Assembly (NCBI GenBank): GCA_947454055.1
Contig: CANGIS010000002.1
Span: 44,036 to 108,035, forward strand
Reading direction: 5' to 3'
Source: Hyphomicrobiales bacterium
GTDB taxonomy: Bacteria > Pseudomonadota > Alphaproteobacteria > Rhizobiales > Beijerinckiaceae
Length of the DNA: 64,000 nucleotides
Below the pieces are notes generated by a model that was not told the origin of the DNA, did not search any database, and was given only the letters and a program-made list of their open reading frames with translations. Positions 18,717-27,805 of this stretch are shown here, in pieces (position 1 is the stretch's first letter; every line of letters begins with the position of its first letter). The position numbers and the translations under genes were made by a program.

Positions 18717-19481
18717 TTACTGCACCAGCTTTGGTCCGCCGCCGGCAACAGGCTCGCCCTCGGCCAGAATACCGAGGCGACGCGCCACTTCCGTATAGGC
18801 TTCGACGAGATTGCCGAGATCGCGGCGGAACAAATCCTTGTCGAGTTTGTCGTTCGACTTGACGTCCCACAACCGCGCCGAATCCGGCGAGATTTCATCG
18901 GCGAGAACAATACGCATCATTTCGCCTTCCCAGAGCCGGCCACATTCGATCTTGAAATCGACGAGCTTGATACCGGCACCGAGGAAAAGGCCTGTAAGGA
19001 AATCATTGACGCGCAAAGCCAAGGCCATGATGTCGTCGAGTTCCTGCGGTGTGGCCCATCCGAACGCCGTGATGTGCTCTTCCGAAACCATCGGATCGTT
19101 CAATGCGTCGTTCTTGTAGTAGAACTCGATGATCGAACGCGGCAGCGGTGTGCCCTCTTCCAACCCGAGACGGGTGGCAAGCGAACCAGCCGCAATATTG
19201 CGCACCACAACTTCGAGCGGGATAATTTCCACTTCGCGGATCAATTGCTCGCGCATATTGAGACGCCGGATAAAATGCGTCGGCACCCCGATGGCGTTGA
19301 GATGATTGAAGATAAATTCGGAGATGCGGTTGTTCAACACGCCCTTTCCTTCCAAGACAGCATGCTTCTTGGCGTTGAAGGCGGTGGCATCATCCTTGAA
19401 GTGTTGAACGAGAGTGCCAGGCTCCGGACCCTCATAGAGGATCTTCGCCTTGCCCTCGTAAATGCGACGGCGACGGTTCAT
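18717..19481 (-). CDS. purC: phosphoribosylaminoimidazole-succinocarboxamide (SAICAR) synthase
   Basis: ORF 18717..19577 trimmed to ATG 19481, giving 254 aa starting [24 protein letters not shown], the usual Rhizobiales PurC N-terminus. An alternative ATG at 19511 follows agggagg, so the start is not certain. Confidence 0.9.
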   Translation of the reverse strand: MNRRRRIYEGKAKILYEGPEPGTLVQHFKDDATAFNAKKHAVLEGKGVLNNRISEFIFNHLNAIGVPTHFIRRLNMREQLIREVEIIPLEVVVRNIAAGSLATRLGLEEGTPLPRSIIEFYYKNDALNDPMVSEEHITAFGWATPQELDDIMALALRVNDFLTGLFLGAGIKLVDFKIECGRLWEGEMMRIVLADEISPDSARLWDVKSNDKLDKDLFRRDLGNLVEAYTEVARRLGILAEGEPVAGGGPKLVQ

Positions 19482-19750
19482 CGACATATACCGTTGTTTG
19501 AGGAAATCCATATCCGGATAGCCTCCCTTACAGGAAAACCGACCTGATTGGCAACGCAGCATTTTACATTTAGCCAAATGTGCAAGGAAAGTTCACCGCC
19601 ATTTTACGTAAAACGAACCAATCATTCCCGATCGCCGTTGTAACGCCGCAGATCCATTTCCATATCCATAAGGCCGCATGCACGGTCAAAATGTCGCCTT
19701 GGCCTCACACCATGCGGTTAACGAAGACATGAAAACGGTGGAGGCATATC

Positions 19751-20074
19751 ATGAGCTCATTCGATGACCGGGAACGGGGATACGAGGCAAAATTTGCACA
19801 TGATCAGGAACTTAACTTTCGCATCATGGCGCGACGAAACCATTTGCTGGGTGTCTGGGCCGGTGAATTGCTCGGCTATCACGGCGGGGAATTGGCCCTC
19901 TATGCCGGAACGGTCATGACGGCGGATTTGGCAGAGCCCGGCGATGACGACGTCTTACAAAAAGTGGTGGCCGATTTCCAAAGCCGCCAGATCACCGTGC
20001 CGGAAGCTGATATAAGGGCAAAAATGGATCAATTGTTTGGCGTGGCCCGGCGCGAGATTTTGACTGGCGAGTAA
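19751..20074 (+). CDS. DUF1476 protein (F1-ATPase inhibitor zeta-subunit family)
   Basis: 107 aa. MSSFDDRERGYEAKFAHDQELNFRIMARRNHLLGVWAGELLG closely matches the DUF1476/zeta-subunit N-terminus as I remember it. Confidence 0.8.
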   Translation: MSSFDDRERGYEAKFAHDQELNFRIMARRNHLLGVWAGELLGYHGGELALYAGTVMTADLAEPGDDDVLQKVVADFQSRQITVPEADIRAKMDQLFGVARREILTGE

Positions 20075-20222
20075 GCATCTTGCGAGGTCGGGCTTAACAA
20101 TCTGCGATAACAACAATTCGAGGCTTTTCTAAAACGAACCATCCAACTTCTGTCTGTAATGATGGCTCATCCCGTCCAGCCTGTCTGGTTTGGCACGGGC
20201 CCGTTTTATGGAGAGCCAGCTG

Positions 20223-20546
20223 ATGACAAGCCTCGAAATTCGCCAAAGTGCTCCGCAGTTTCGTTTTGTAAATGATGAACTTTTCCGCTTTCGTACCGGC
20301 GCCCGTTGCGCCCGTCTGTTCGGCCTTTGGGCGGGGCAGGTGCTCGGGCTCGCGGGCGACGGCCTTGATGACTATTCAAGCGCCATCATGAGCGAAATGA
20401 TCGCAACACCCGATGGCGACGCCGTGATCAGCAGGATCGCCCGGGATTTTGCCCGCCGCGAAATCAACGTCACCAAGGCCGACCTTCACGCCAAATTCAA
20501 TGCGTTTCTGGGTCGGGCTCAGGCCGAACTGACCGGCACAGCGTAA
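20223..20546 (+). CDS. diverged DUF1476 paralog
   Basis: ORF 20190..20546 (TTG) trimmed to ATG 20223, which is preceded by ggagag. This gives 107 aa, the same length as the upstream paralog. The core is shared (ARCARLFGLWAGQVLG..., ...DGDAVISRIARDFARREINVTKADLHAKFNAF) but the N-terminus differs. Confidence 0.7.
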   Translation: MTSLEIRQSAPQFRFVNDELFRFRTGARCARLFGLWAGQVLGLAGDGLDDYSSAIMSEMIATPDGDAVISRIARDFARREINVTKADLHAKFNAFLGRAQAELTGTA

Positions 20547-20664
20547 TCGTCCATCGGCCGTTTCGACGCCATCCGGGCTTGTCGAGCCCGGTGGTTACCG
20601 CTTAAGCTTCTCGGATCAACCGGCAAGGTTTAATGCAGGCCTGACCTCTGAGGAGCCCAAATCC

Positions 20665-21444
20665 ATGTCCCACCTTGAAACGATCCGTTCTCTCGCCACA
20701 AAATTGGGCGGCGGCTCAGGGCTCTTGACCGCTTGGGTCGGCATGCCTGACCCGCTCGTGGCCGGCATGCTGGCGCTGGAAGATTTTGACGCAATCACGC
20801 TTGATATGCAGCACGGCGCCAATGACATCCATTCCACAGGCCTCGGCATTGCGCAGGTAACCTTGGCGGGAAAGCCAACCATTGTTCGCATCCCCGTCGG
20901 CCAGTTTGCCGTGGCGTCGAGGGTACTCGATCTTGGGGCGGCCGGGGTGATTGCGCCGATGATCAATTCAAAGGCGGACGCTGCCGCCTTCGCGTCCTTC
21001 ATGAAATACCCGCCCATCGGGGAGCGCAGCTGGGGGCCGACAATTGCGTCCGGCCTGACCGGCACCGAAGGCAACGAGTATCTGAAGGCCGGCAATGCCA
21101 ATTCGGTTGCGATTGCGATGGTTGAAACCCGCGAGGCGCTTGCTGCCCTTGATGACATTCTGGCGACACCCGGCATTGACGCGATCTTTGTCGGACCTTC
21201 GGACCTTTCGATTGCTCTCTCTCATGGAGCGAATGTCGATCCGGGCCGAAAAGATGTGGCAGATGCGCTCGACCATGTGCTTGCGCGCTGTCATGCGCAC
21301 GGTAAAGCGGCGTGCTGCTTCGCACCCAGCCCCCTGATCTCCCGCGATCTGGCCAAAAAAGGGTATGATCTGATGGCCATCGGAACAGATTTCGGTCAAC
21401 TCCGCAGCGGTGCGCGGGCGCAGATCGAGGCTGCACGGGGGTAA
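20665..21444 (+). CDS. HpcH/HpaI-family aldolase
   Basis: 259 aa. FDAITLDMQHGANDI, IVRIP and GVIAPMINS follow the class II aldolase/citrate-lyase-like fold pattern. Confidence 0.75.
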   Translation: MSHLETIRSLATKLGGGSGLLTAWVGMPDPLVAGMLALEDFDAITLDMQHGANDIHSTGLGIAQVTLAGKPTIVRIPVGQFAVASRVLDLGAAGVIAPMINSKADAAAFASFMKYPPIGERSWGPTIASGLTGTEGNEYLKAGNANSVAIAMVETREALAALDDILATPGIDAIFVGPSDLSIALSHGANVDPGRKDVADALDHVLARCHAHGKAACCFAPSPLISRDLAKKGYDLMAIGTDFGQLRSGARAQIEAARG

Positions 21445-21462
21445 ACACGACCACCCCATAAA

Positions 21463-21489
21463 CATTGGCGGGCTTTGGGCCCGCCAATG
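21463..21489. terminator. bidirectional hairpin between convergent genes
   Basis: Perfect 11-bp stem cattggcgggc (21463-21473) / gcccgccaatg (21479-21489) with a 5-nt loop. Confidence 0.6.
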
Positions 21490-21520
21490 GATCAGATTAT
21501 GATGATACTAAGCGGGTAGC

Positions 21521-22015
21521 TCACGGAGCCTTGGGGGCATCGCCCATTTTGCCGTCGTCCCGCGGGTGATGTTCCCACCCGAAAGGAGCCGACCAGCGCA
21601 ACGCATCCCGTTGCTTGTCGTCAAGCTTGGCATATAGCGCATCAAATGCCGGACGCACGGTTTTAACCGCACTCAGCATCACGGTCAGATGTTGCTCCAT
21701 CGTGGACAGCATCGCCGGCGGCGTATGATCAACAGCGGACGGATCAGCCGGACAGGTAGCCTTGATCGAGGCTTCCGCCGAAGCGAGCGCGGCCTTCAGG
21801 GCGTCAAATTCGGGTTTTTGCGCGTCCGTCGGCTTGATTTCTTTTTGTAACCGCTCGATCAAGCGAGCGCCCATAGGATCCTTTGCTTGGCAAATCCGGC
21901 CCATCGGGCCGAACATGTCGTGATGTCGCATGCCTTGGGCAAAGGCTGTGAGGCCGCCTCCGGCCACAAGAATGGTCACCGCACCGGCGATAAAGGTTTT
22001 TTTGCCAAATTTCAT
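21521..22015 (-). CDS. periplasmic Spy/CpxP-like (LTXXQ-type) protein
   Basis: ORF 21521..22123 trimmed to ATG 22015, which is preceded by aggaga. It has a signal peptide (MKFGKKTFIAGAVTILVAGGGLTAFAQG) and a helical body with PTDAQKPEFDALK and LDDKQRDAL repeats. Confidence 0.6.
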   Translation of the reverse strand: MKFGKKTFIAGAVTILVAGGGLTAFAQGMRHHDMFGPMGRICQAKDPMGARLIERLQKEIKPTDAQKPEFDALKAALASAEASIKATCPADPSAVDHTPPAMLSTMEQHLTVMLSAVKTVRPAFDALYAKLDDKQRDALRWSAPFGWEHHPRDDGKMGDAPKAP

Positions 22016-22126
22016 CTTGCCTTCTCCTGTCATCAGCCCCTCAAGGGCCATGGAGCGATATAGCCCATGTCCGTCTGACGGCGGGGTGGCGGCAAAATTA
22101 ACGTTTTGTGAGGTTGGCGGCACCTA

Positions 22127-23035
22127 TCACTTAAGCCGGTCAGGTTTCTCGCCGCCCACCATTTCGCGCACCCCAAGGGCATCGGCCAGCCGCTGCGAGG
22201 CCGAACCAGGCTTTAACGGCTTTTGCTGGCTTTCATGCGGGGTCCAACCCGAGATCCAGATCAATTCGAAGCTGGCTCTAATCCGGCCATCCGGATCGGA
22301 GAAGCGCTCGGCGTAGATTTCCATAGCCCTGATCAAGGTCGCACGCCGCATCGGCGATTTGCGACGTTCCGTCAACGCATTGGTGGCCCCCATCCGGCGG
22401 AGATCATGCATTAAGCCGAGCGGGCTTGCATAACGCACTGTGAAACTGTCGACATCGGACACCGGAAGCGCGAAGCCCGCGCGCTGCAACAAGCCACCCA
22501 GATCACTGATATCGGCAAACGGCGCGACGCGCGGACTGATGCCACCCTCGATCTCGCTCTCTGCGGCAGCCAAACTCTGGCGCAGCTCGGTCAGGCTTGA
22601 GCCCCCGATCAGGCAGGCAAGAAAAAGCCCGTCAGGCTTTAGCGCCCGACGGATCTGCATGAGCGCACCGGGCAGATCATCCACGGTCTGAAGAGCCAGC
22701 AAGGAAATGACCGCATCGACGCTTTCGCGCCCGAAGGGAAACAATCCGGCATCGGCCACGATCGAGGGATAGGGGCTTGGTGCCAGCGCCTCGATCAATG
22801 GCGCCGAACGGATCAGCCGTCCGACTTTCCCCGACGCCAACAGCGCATCGGCGGCATGCGGACCCGGTGTCCCCCAGTCCACAACCACATCAAAATGACG
22901 CAACACTGCCGAGAGCCGGTCCGACAAATCGGCGCCGGCGCGCGCGAGCAGAAAATCCTCAGCGCCTTGCCGGATGGCACGCTTAAGCCGCGTCCGGATC
23001 AGACCCTGTTCAAAAAGACGGGGAGCATCACTCAT
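22127..23035 (-). CDS. class I SAM-dependent methyltransferase
   Basis: 302 aa. The VVDWGTPG region sits in the motif I position, and ALKPDGLFLACLIGG resembles the post-motif II region of methyltransferase type 11 (BioC/NDUFAF5-like). Confidence 0.7.
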   Translation of the reverse strand: MSDAPRLFEQGLIRTRLKRAIRQGAEDFLLARAGADLSDRLSAVLRHFDVVVDWGTPGPHAADALLASGKVGRLIRSAPLIEALAPSPYPSIVADAGLFPFGRESVDAVISLLALQTVDDLPGALMQIRRALKPDGLFLACLIGGSSLTELRQSLAAAESEIEGGISPRVAPFADISDLGGLLQRAGFALPVSDVDSFTVRYASPLGLMHDLRRMGATNALTERRKSPMRRATLIRAMEIYAERFSDPDGRIRASFELIWISGWTPHESQQKPLKPGSASQRLADALGVREMVGGEKPDRLK

Positions 23036-23086
23036 AAGTTCGTTGTATGATCATTTATGGCATAAACGTCAAAGGCCGTCTGGCGC

Positions 23087-23833
23087 ATGAAACGAAGTTT
23101 GAACGCGTTCACCACCATCGGCAAGCAGTTGATCAATCTGGTCTACCCGCCATCCTGCATGGCGTGCAGCGCCGCACTGGCCGAAGCCGACGGGCTGTGT
23201 CCGGCATGCTGGCGGCAAATTCCCTTCATTACCCAGCCTTTTTGTGAGCGTTACGGCACGCCTTTGCCGGTTGACCATGGCGGCATGATGCTGTCGCCGC
23301 TGGCGATCGCCGATCCGCCGGTTTTCGGACGCGCCCGCGCCGTTGCCCGCTATGAGGGCTCGGCCCGTGAATTGGTTCACGGCCTGAAATATGGCGACCG
23401 TGTGGAACTGGCCCGCGCGATGGGCCAATGGATGGCCCGTGAAGGGGCCCAGATTTTGAGCGGGAGTTCCCTTTTAGTACCCGTCCCGCTGCATCGCTTC
23501 CGGCTGTGGCGGCGGCGGTTCAATCAATCAGCCTCGCTCGCCGATGCCATTGGCTGTCAAACCGGCGTTCCCGTTGGCTACGAAACCTTGCTTCGGGTAA
23601 AAGCGACAAAGCCACAAGTCGGACTGACACGAACCGAACGCGCTGCCAATCTCGAAAAGGCCTTCAAGGTTAACGAGGCCGAACTCGCGCGCGTTGCCGG
23701 CGCCCGAATTGTACTTGTTGACGATGTGATGACCACGGCCTCGACCGGAAACGCCGCAGCTCGCGTGTTGTTGAAGGCGGGGGCAGCATCGGTTGATCTT
23801 CTTGTTTTCGCGCTGGTGGCAAAAGCCGGATAA
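23087..23833 (+). CDS. comF: ComF-family phosphoribosyltransferase-domain protein
   Basis: 248 aa. The N-terminus has Cys pairs (PPSCMACS...LCPACW), and the C-terminus carries the PRTase motif IVLVDDVMTTAST. Confidence 0.85.
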   Translation: MKRSLNAFTTIGKQLINLVYPPSCMACSAALAEADGLCPACWRQIPFITQPFCERYGTPLPVDHGGMMLSPLAIADPPVFGRARAVARYEGSARELVHGLKYGDRVELARAMGQWMAREGAQILSGSSLLVPVPLHRFRLWRRRFNQSASLADAIGCQTGVPVGYETLLRVKATKPQVGLTRTERAANLEKAFKVNEAELARVAGARIVLVDDVMTTASTGNAAARVLLKAGAASVDLLVFALVAKAG

Positions 23834-23877
23834 TCATCCTATATTATCAGCAGAACCGCTTTTGAGGATGTTTCGCT

Positions 23878-24135
23878 ATGCAGCCTGTCACCATCTACAC
23901 AAAATCTTGGTGCCCCTATTGCCACTCCGCGCTCGACCTTCTGAAAAAGAAGGGCGTGAAGTATGAGCAAATCGATGTTTCTGCTGGCGGGGAAGCGCAG
24001 GCCGCCATGGCCGTGCGGGCCAATGGCCGGTCCTCGGTGCCTCAGATTTTTATCGGCGAAACCCATGTCGGCGGCTGCGACGATCTTCATGCGCTTGAAA
24101 ATACAGGCAAGCTCGATCCGCTCTTGAACGCTTAA
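23878..24135 (+). CDS. grxC: glutaredoxin 3
   Basis: 85 aa. IYTKSWCPYCHSALDLL (CPYC active site) and VPQIFIGETHVGGCDDL are present. Confidence 0.93.
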   Translation: MQPVTIYTKSWCPYCHSALDLLKKKGVKYEQIDVSAGGEAQAAMAVRANGRSSVPQIFIGETHVGGCDDLHALENTGKLDPLLNA

Positions 24136-24148
24136 GGAAATTTCCAGC

Positions 24149-25003
24149 ATGTCTGCAAAACTGACCGCGGCCTGCATCCAGATGTGCGGCAAATGCGATC
24201 CGGCTGAGAACCTCCATGACGCGGTCCAGATGATCCGCGAGGCGGCAAAAGCGGGGGCCACCTTTATCCAGACGCCCGAAATATCGAATATCGTCAATCG
24301 GGATCGTCCCGCCTTGCTCGCTGCCATGCGAACCGAGGCGGAGGACCCGATGCTGGCCAGCCTTCGCGCCCTAGCCACTGAGCTTGGCGTTACCGTTCAT
24401 ATCGGCTCGTTGGCGATCAAGAACGGCGATAAAATCGCCAATCGTGCTTTCGTGATTGGCCCCGATGGCAGCTTGCTGGCGCGCTATGACAAGCTGCATC
24501 TGTTTGACGTTGATCTGCCCAATGGCGAAACATGGCGGGAGTCGAACACATTTACCGGCGGTACCGAAGCCGTGGCCGTCGATCTGCCCTTTGGCCGGCT
24601 TGGCATCGCGATTTGCTACGATGTGCGCTTCCCTTACCTGTTCCGCGCCTTGGCCGATGCAGGGTGTTCGATCCTGTCGGCCCCTGCTTGCTTTACGAAG
24701 CAAACCGGCGAGGCCCATTGGAGCGTTTTGCAGCGCGCACGCGCCATTGAAAACGGCGCCTTCATGATCTCGGCGGCTCAAGCCGGTCTGCATGAGGACG
24801 GCCGCGAAACCTATGGCCATTCCATCATTGTGGATCCCTGGGGCAAGGTGCTGGCCGAAGCGGGCAGCGAGCCGGGGGTTATTCTGGCCGAGCTCGACAT
24901 GGCCTCTGTGGCCGATGCGCGTAGCCGAATTCCGGCCCTGCGCCACACGCGCCCTGTGACGGCAACGCTCGCTAAGCCTGCAAACAGCGAGCGTGCCGCA
25001 TGA
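24149..25003 (+). CDS. carbon-nitrogen hydrolase (nitrilase superfamily)
   Basis: 284 aa. FIQTPE, YDKLHLFD and LGIAICYDVRFP provide the Glu-Lys-Cys triad context. Confidence 0.85.
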   Translation: MSAKLTAACIQMCGKCDPAENLHDAVQMIREAAKAGATFIQTPEISNIVNRDRPALLAAMRTEAEDPMLASLRALATELGVTVHIGSLAIKNGDKIANRAFVIGPDGSLLARYDKLHLFDVDLPNGETWRESNTFTGGTEAVAVDLPFGRLGIAICYDVRFPYLFRALADAGCSILSAPACFTKQTGEAHWSVLQRARAIENGAFMISAAQAGLHEDGRETYGHSIIVDPWGKVLAEAGSEPGVILAELDMASVADARSRIPALRHTRPVTATLAKPANSERAA

Positions 25004-25470
25004 TTAAATACGGGCTGGAATGCGACAAGGGTCACGGCTTTGAAGGCTGGTTCCAGTCGAGCGCCGGCTTTGACACGCAGAAAAAGCGTGGCTTTATCGA
25101 ATGTCCGGTCTGTGGGTCGATCAATGTCGATCGGGCGATTATGGCGCCTGCGGTAGCTCGGACCGACAAACTCCCCGTACCCGCCAGAACGGCAAGGCCG
25201 GACGCCGAATGGGTAAGTTCAGGAACGGATGTCACGATCCTGTCCTCGGAAGAACGCGAGCTTCGTGAAAAACTCGCAGAACTGCGCAAGGAAATGACCA
25301 AAGATGCCGATGATGTGGGCGATGAATTTGCCGAAGAGGCCCGTCGCATTCATTTTGGCGAAACCAAGCCACGCCAGATTTACGGCCAGACCTCGTTTGA
25401 AGAAGCCCGCGAATTGATCGAAGAAGGTGTCGACATTTTCCCGCTGCCCCCCGGCGGCGAGCACAATTGA
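25000..25470 (+). CDS. DUF1178 zinc-ribbon protein
   Basis: 156 aa. MIKYGLECDKGHGFEGWFQSSAGFD...CPVCGS matches the DUF1178 pattern. The start overlaps the upstream stop by 4 nt. Confidence 0.8.
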   Translation: MIKYGLECDKGHGFEGWFQSSAGFDTQKKRGFIECPVCGSINVDRAIMAPAVARTDKLPVPARTARPDAEWVSSGTDVTILSSEERELREKLAELRKEMTKDADDVGDEFAEEARRIHFGETKPRQIYGQTSFEEARELIEEGVDIFPLPPGGEHN

Positions 25471-25476
25471 TACCGG

Positions 25477-26220
25477 TCACCCTTTCGTGGCGGCCAACAT
25501 ATAATTGACATCCATATCGCGCGACAGCTTCCATTCGTTCCGCAGCGGATGGAAGGCAACGCCAGAACGATAGCCAACCTGCATGCCGCCCTTCTCAATG
25601 GCGCTTTCCAATTCGCGCGGCGTGACGAATTTATCCCATTGATGCGTGCCCTTGGGCAGCCAGCCGAGGACAAATTCCGCACCAACGATCGCAAGCGCGA
25701 AGGCTTTGAGCGTGCGGTTCAGCGTTGCCATGAACAACTGCCCCTCCGGCGCAACCGCCGCCGTGCACGCGCCAACAAAGGCACCTACATCCGCAACATG
25801 CTCAACCACTTCCATGGCGAGCACGATATCGAAGCGCTCGCCCGCGGCGACCAAGGCCTCAACCGTTGTCTGACGGTAATCAATCGCGAGGCCGGATTGT
25901 TGGGCGTGGAGCTTGGCCACTTCAATATTGGTAGGCGCGGGGTCAATGCCCGTTACTTTCGCGCCAAGCCGGGTCAAAGGCTCGCACAGCAATCCGCCGC
26001 CACAGCCAATATCCAGAACAGTCAGGCCTTCCAGCGGGCGACCGTTCTCAAGACGCCGGTTGAAATGGGCGGCGGCCTCGTCGCGGATGACCTGCAAACG
26101 AACCGGATTGAACTTGTGCAAGACACCCATCGGGCCTGCTTGATCCCACCAGGTTCTGGCAATCCGCTCGAAACGGGCGACTTCATCGCTGTCGATACTC
26201 GTCTGAAAGACGCCGTCCAT
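25477..26220 (-). CDS. ubiG: bifunctional 3-demethylubiquinol / 2-polyprenyl-6-hydroxyphenol O-methyltransferase
   Basis: ORF 25477..26289 trimmed to ATG 26220 (247 aa). FERIARTWWDQAGPMGVLHKFNPVRL and VLDIGCGGGLLCEPL are UbiG signatures. Confidence 0.88.
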   Translation of the reverse strand: MDGVFQTSIDSDEVARFERIARTWWDQAGPMGVLHKFNPVRLQVIRDEAAAHFNRRLENGRPLEGLTVLDIGCGGGLLCEPLTRLGAKVTGIDPAPTNIEVAKLHAQQSGLAIDYRQTTVEALVAAGERFDIVLAMEVVEHVADVGAFVGACTAAVAPEGQLFMATLNRTLKAFALAIVGAEFVLGWLPKGTHQWDKFVTPRELESAIEKGGMQVGYRSGVAFHPLRNEWKLSRDMDVNYMLAATKG

Positions 26221-26382
26221 GGTCCCATCTCCTGCAAACCCGCGATAAACGCGGCCATTCCTGTTGACAGCGCAAGGTTGCGCCGTCATGGATGTGCGCC
26301 TTTTTCAACCCAGAAGCAGTGAGACGCAAGGTCGCATTTGCTCCCGCCAACCGAAATGATCCGATTGTCGATGTCCGCGCCC

Positions 26383-27624
26383 ATGAAAAAAAGCCTCGTG
26401 ATGAAATTCGGCGGAACCTCCGTCGCCAATCTCGACCGCATCCGCAATGTGGCGCAACACGTCAAACGCGAGGTTGAGGCGGGCTATGATGTGGCCGTCG
26501 TCGTCTCGGCAATGTCGGGCAAGACCAATGAACTCGTCGCATGGTGCAAAGATGCGTCCGCGCTCTACGACATGCGCGAATATGACGCCGTTGTTGCCTC
26601 CGGCGAGCAGGTGACGTCGGGGCTTCTGGCCATCGCCCTCCAAAATATCGGCATCAAGGCGCGCAGCTGGCAAGGGTGGCAAATTCCGATTTTAACGGAT
26701 GACGCTCATGGTTCGGCGCGCATTCTGGAGCTTGATGGCTCGCGCTTGATGGACAGCTTTTCGACCCGTGGCGAAGTGGCGGTCATCGCCGGCTTTCAGG
26801 GGATCCATGAAGCAACAGGCCGCCTGACGACGCTTGGGCGCGGCGGCTCGGACACCAGCGCGGTGGCGATTGCGGCCGGAATCGGCGCCGAGCGCTGCGA
26901 CATCTACACCGATGTGGACGGCGTCTACACGACGGATCCGCGGATCGTGCCTAAGGCAAAGCGGCTTGAAAAGGTCGCTTTCGAAGAAATGCTAGAAATG
27001 GCCTCAATGGGCGCGAAAGTGCTTCAAGTCCGTTCCGTTGAACTCGCGATGACCCATCGCGTACCGACCTATGTCCGGTCCTCGTTTGACGACCCGGCGG
27101 ACCCGAAGCCCGGCACCCTTATCTGTGGCGAGGAGGATATTGTGGAACAACAGATCATCACCGGAATTGCATACTCGAAGGATGAGGCTCAAATCACGCT
27201 TCGGCGTGTGGCCGACAAGCCGGGCATCGCGGCCGCTATTTTCGTGCCTCTGGCAGACGCCAACATCAATGTCGATATGATCATTCAGGTCGTTTCCGAC
27301 GATACCACCACCACCGACATTACGTTTACGGTCCCGACCGCCGATTTCGAGCGCGCAAAGACCATTTTGGAAGGCCTACGCTCCACCATCGGCTATGCCA
27401 CTTTGCAGGGTGCCAATGATGTGGTGAAAGTTTCAGCAATTGGCGTCGGAATGCGCAGCCATGCGGGTGTTGCAGCCCGGGCGTTCAAATCCTTGGCCGA
27501 CAAGGGAATCAATATTCGCGCGATCACAACCTCCGAGATCAAATTCTCGGTTTTGATCGATAGCGCTTATACTGAATTGGCTGTACGGACGTTGCATTCG
27601 CTTTATGGCCTTGATCAAGCCTGA
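26383..27624 (+). CDS. lysC: aspartate kinase
   Basis: ORF 26338..27624 trimmed to ATG 26383; the start could also be the ATG at 26401. VMKFGGTSVANLDRIRNVAQHV and VVVSAMSGKTNELV are present, followed by C-terminal ACT domains. Confidence 0.92.
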   Translation: MKKSLVMKFGGTSVANLDRIRNVAQHVKREVEAGYDVAVVVSAMSGKTNELVAWCKDASALYDMREYDAVVASGEQVTSGLLAIALQNIGIKARSWQGWQIPILTDDAHGSARILELDGSRLMDSFSTRGEVAVIAGFQGIHEATGRLTTLGRGGSDTSAVAIAAGIGAERCDIYTDVDGVYTTDPRIVPKAKRLEKVAFEEMLEMASMGAKVLQVRSVELAMTHRVPTYVRSSFDDPADPKPGTLICGEEDIVEQQIITGIAYSKDEAQITLRRVADKPGIAAAIFVPLADANINVDMIIQVVSDDTTTTDITFTVPTADFERAKTILEGLRSTIGYATLQGANDVVKVSAIGVGMRSHAGVAARAFKSLADKGINIRAITTSEIKFSVLIDSAYTELAVRTLHSLYGLDQA

Positions 27625-27805
27625 TCATAGGCCTGTCACAGAGTTGCCCGTTACAGAGTTGGACGACGAGCGTCAATCCGCATTGGCGCGGCCTTTGCAT
27701 TAACGTTCGAGAATCGGTAAAGCGTAGTGGCAAGGGCCCCGCCCAGTGGGTCTACCGTGGCAAAATAGCCCGCCGTCTCACTGTCGGCACAGGAAGCTGA
27801 GGATC

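Noticed and set aside
19482-19750. Purine or ZTP-type riboswitch in the purC leader
   Set aside because: No recognisable conserved riboswitch core was seen on the purC strand. The spacer is shared with the divergent DUF1476 gene and looks like ordinary promoter DNA.
22127-25470. The methyltransferase / comF / grxC / nitrilase / DUF1178 cluster as a possible novel system
   Set aside because: As far as I recall this is a widely conserved housekeeping neighbourhood in Rhizobiales. The composition matches the core genome and there are no mobile-element hallmarks.
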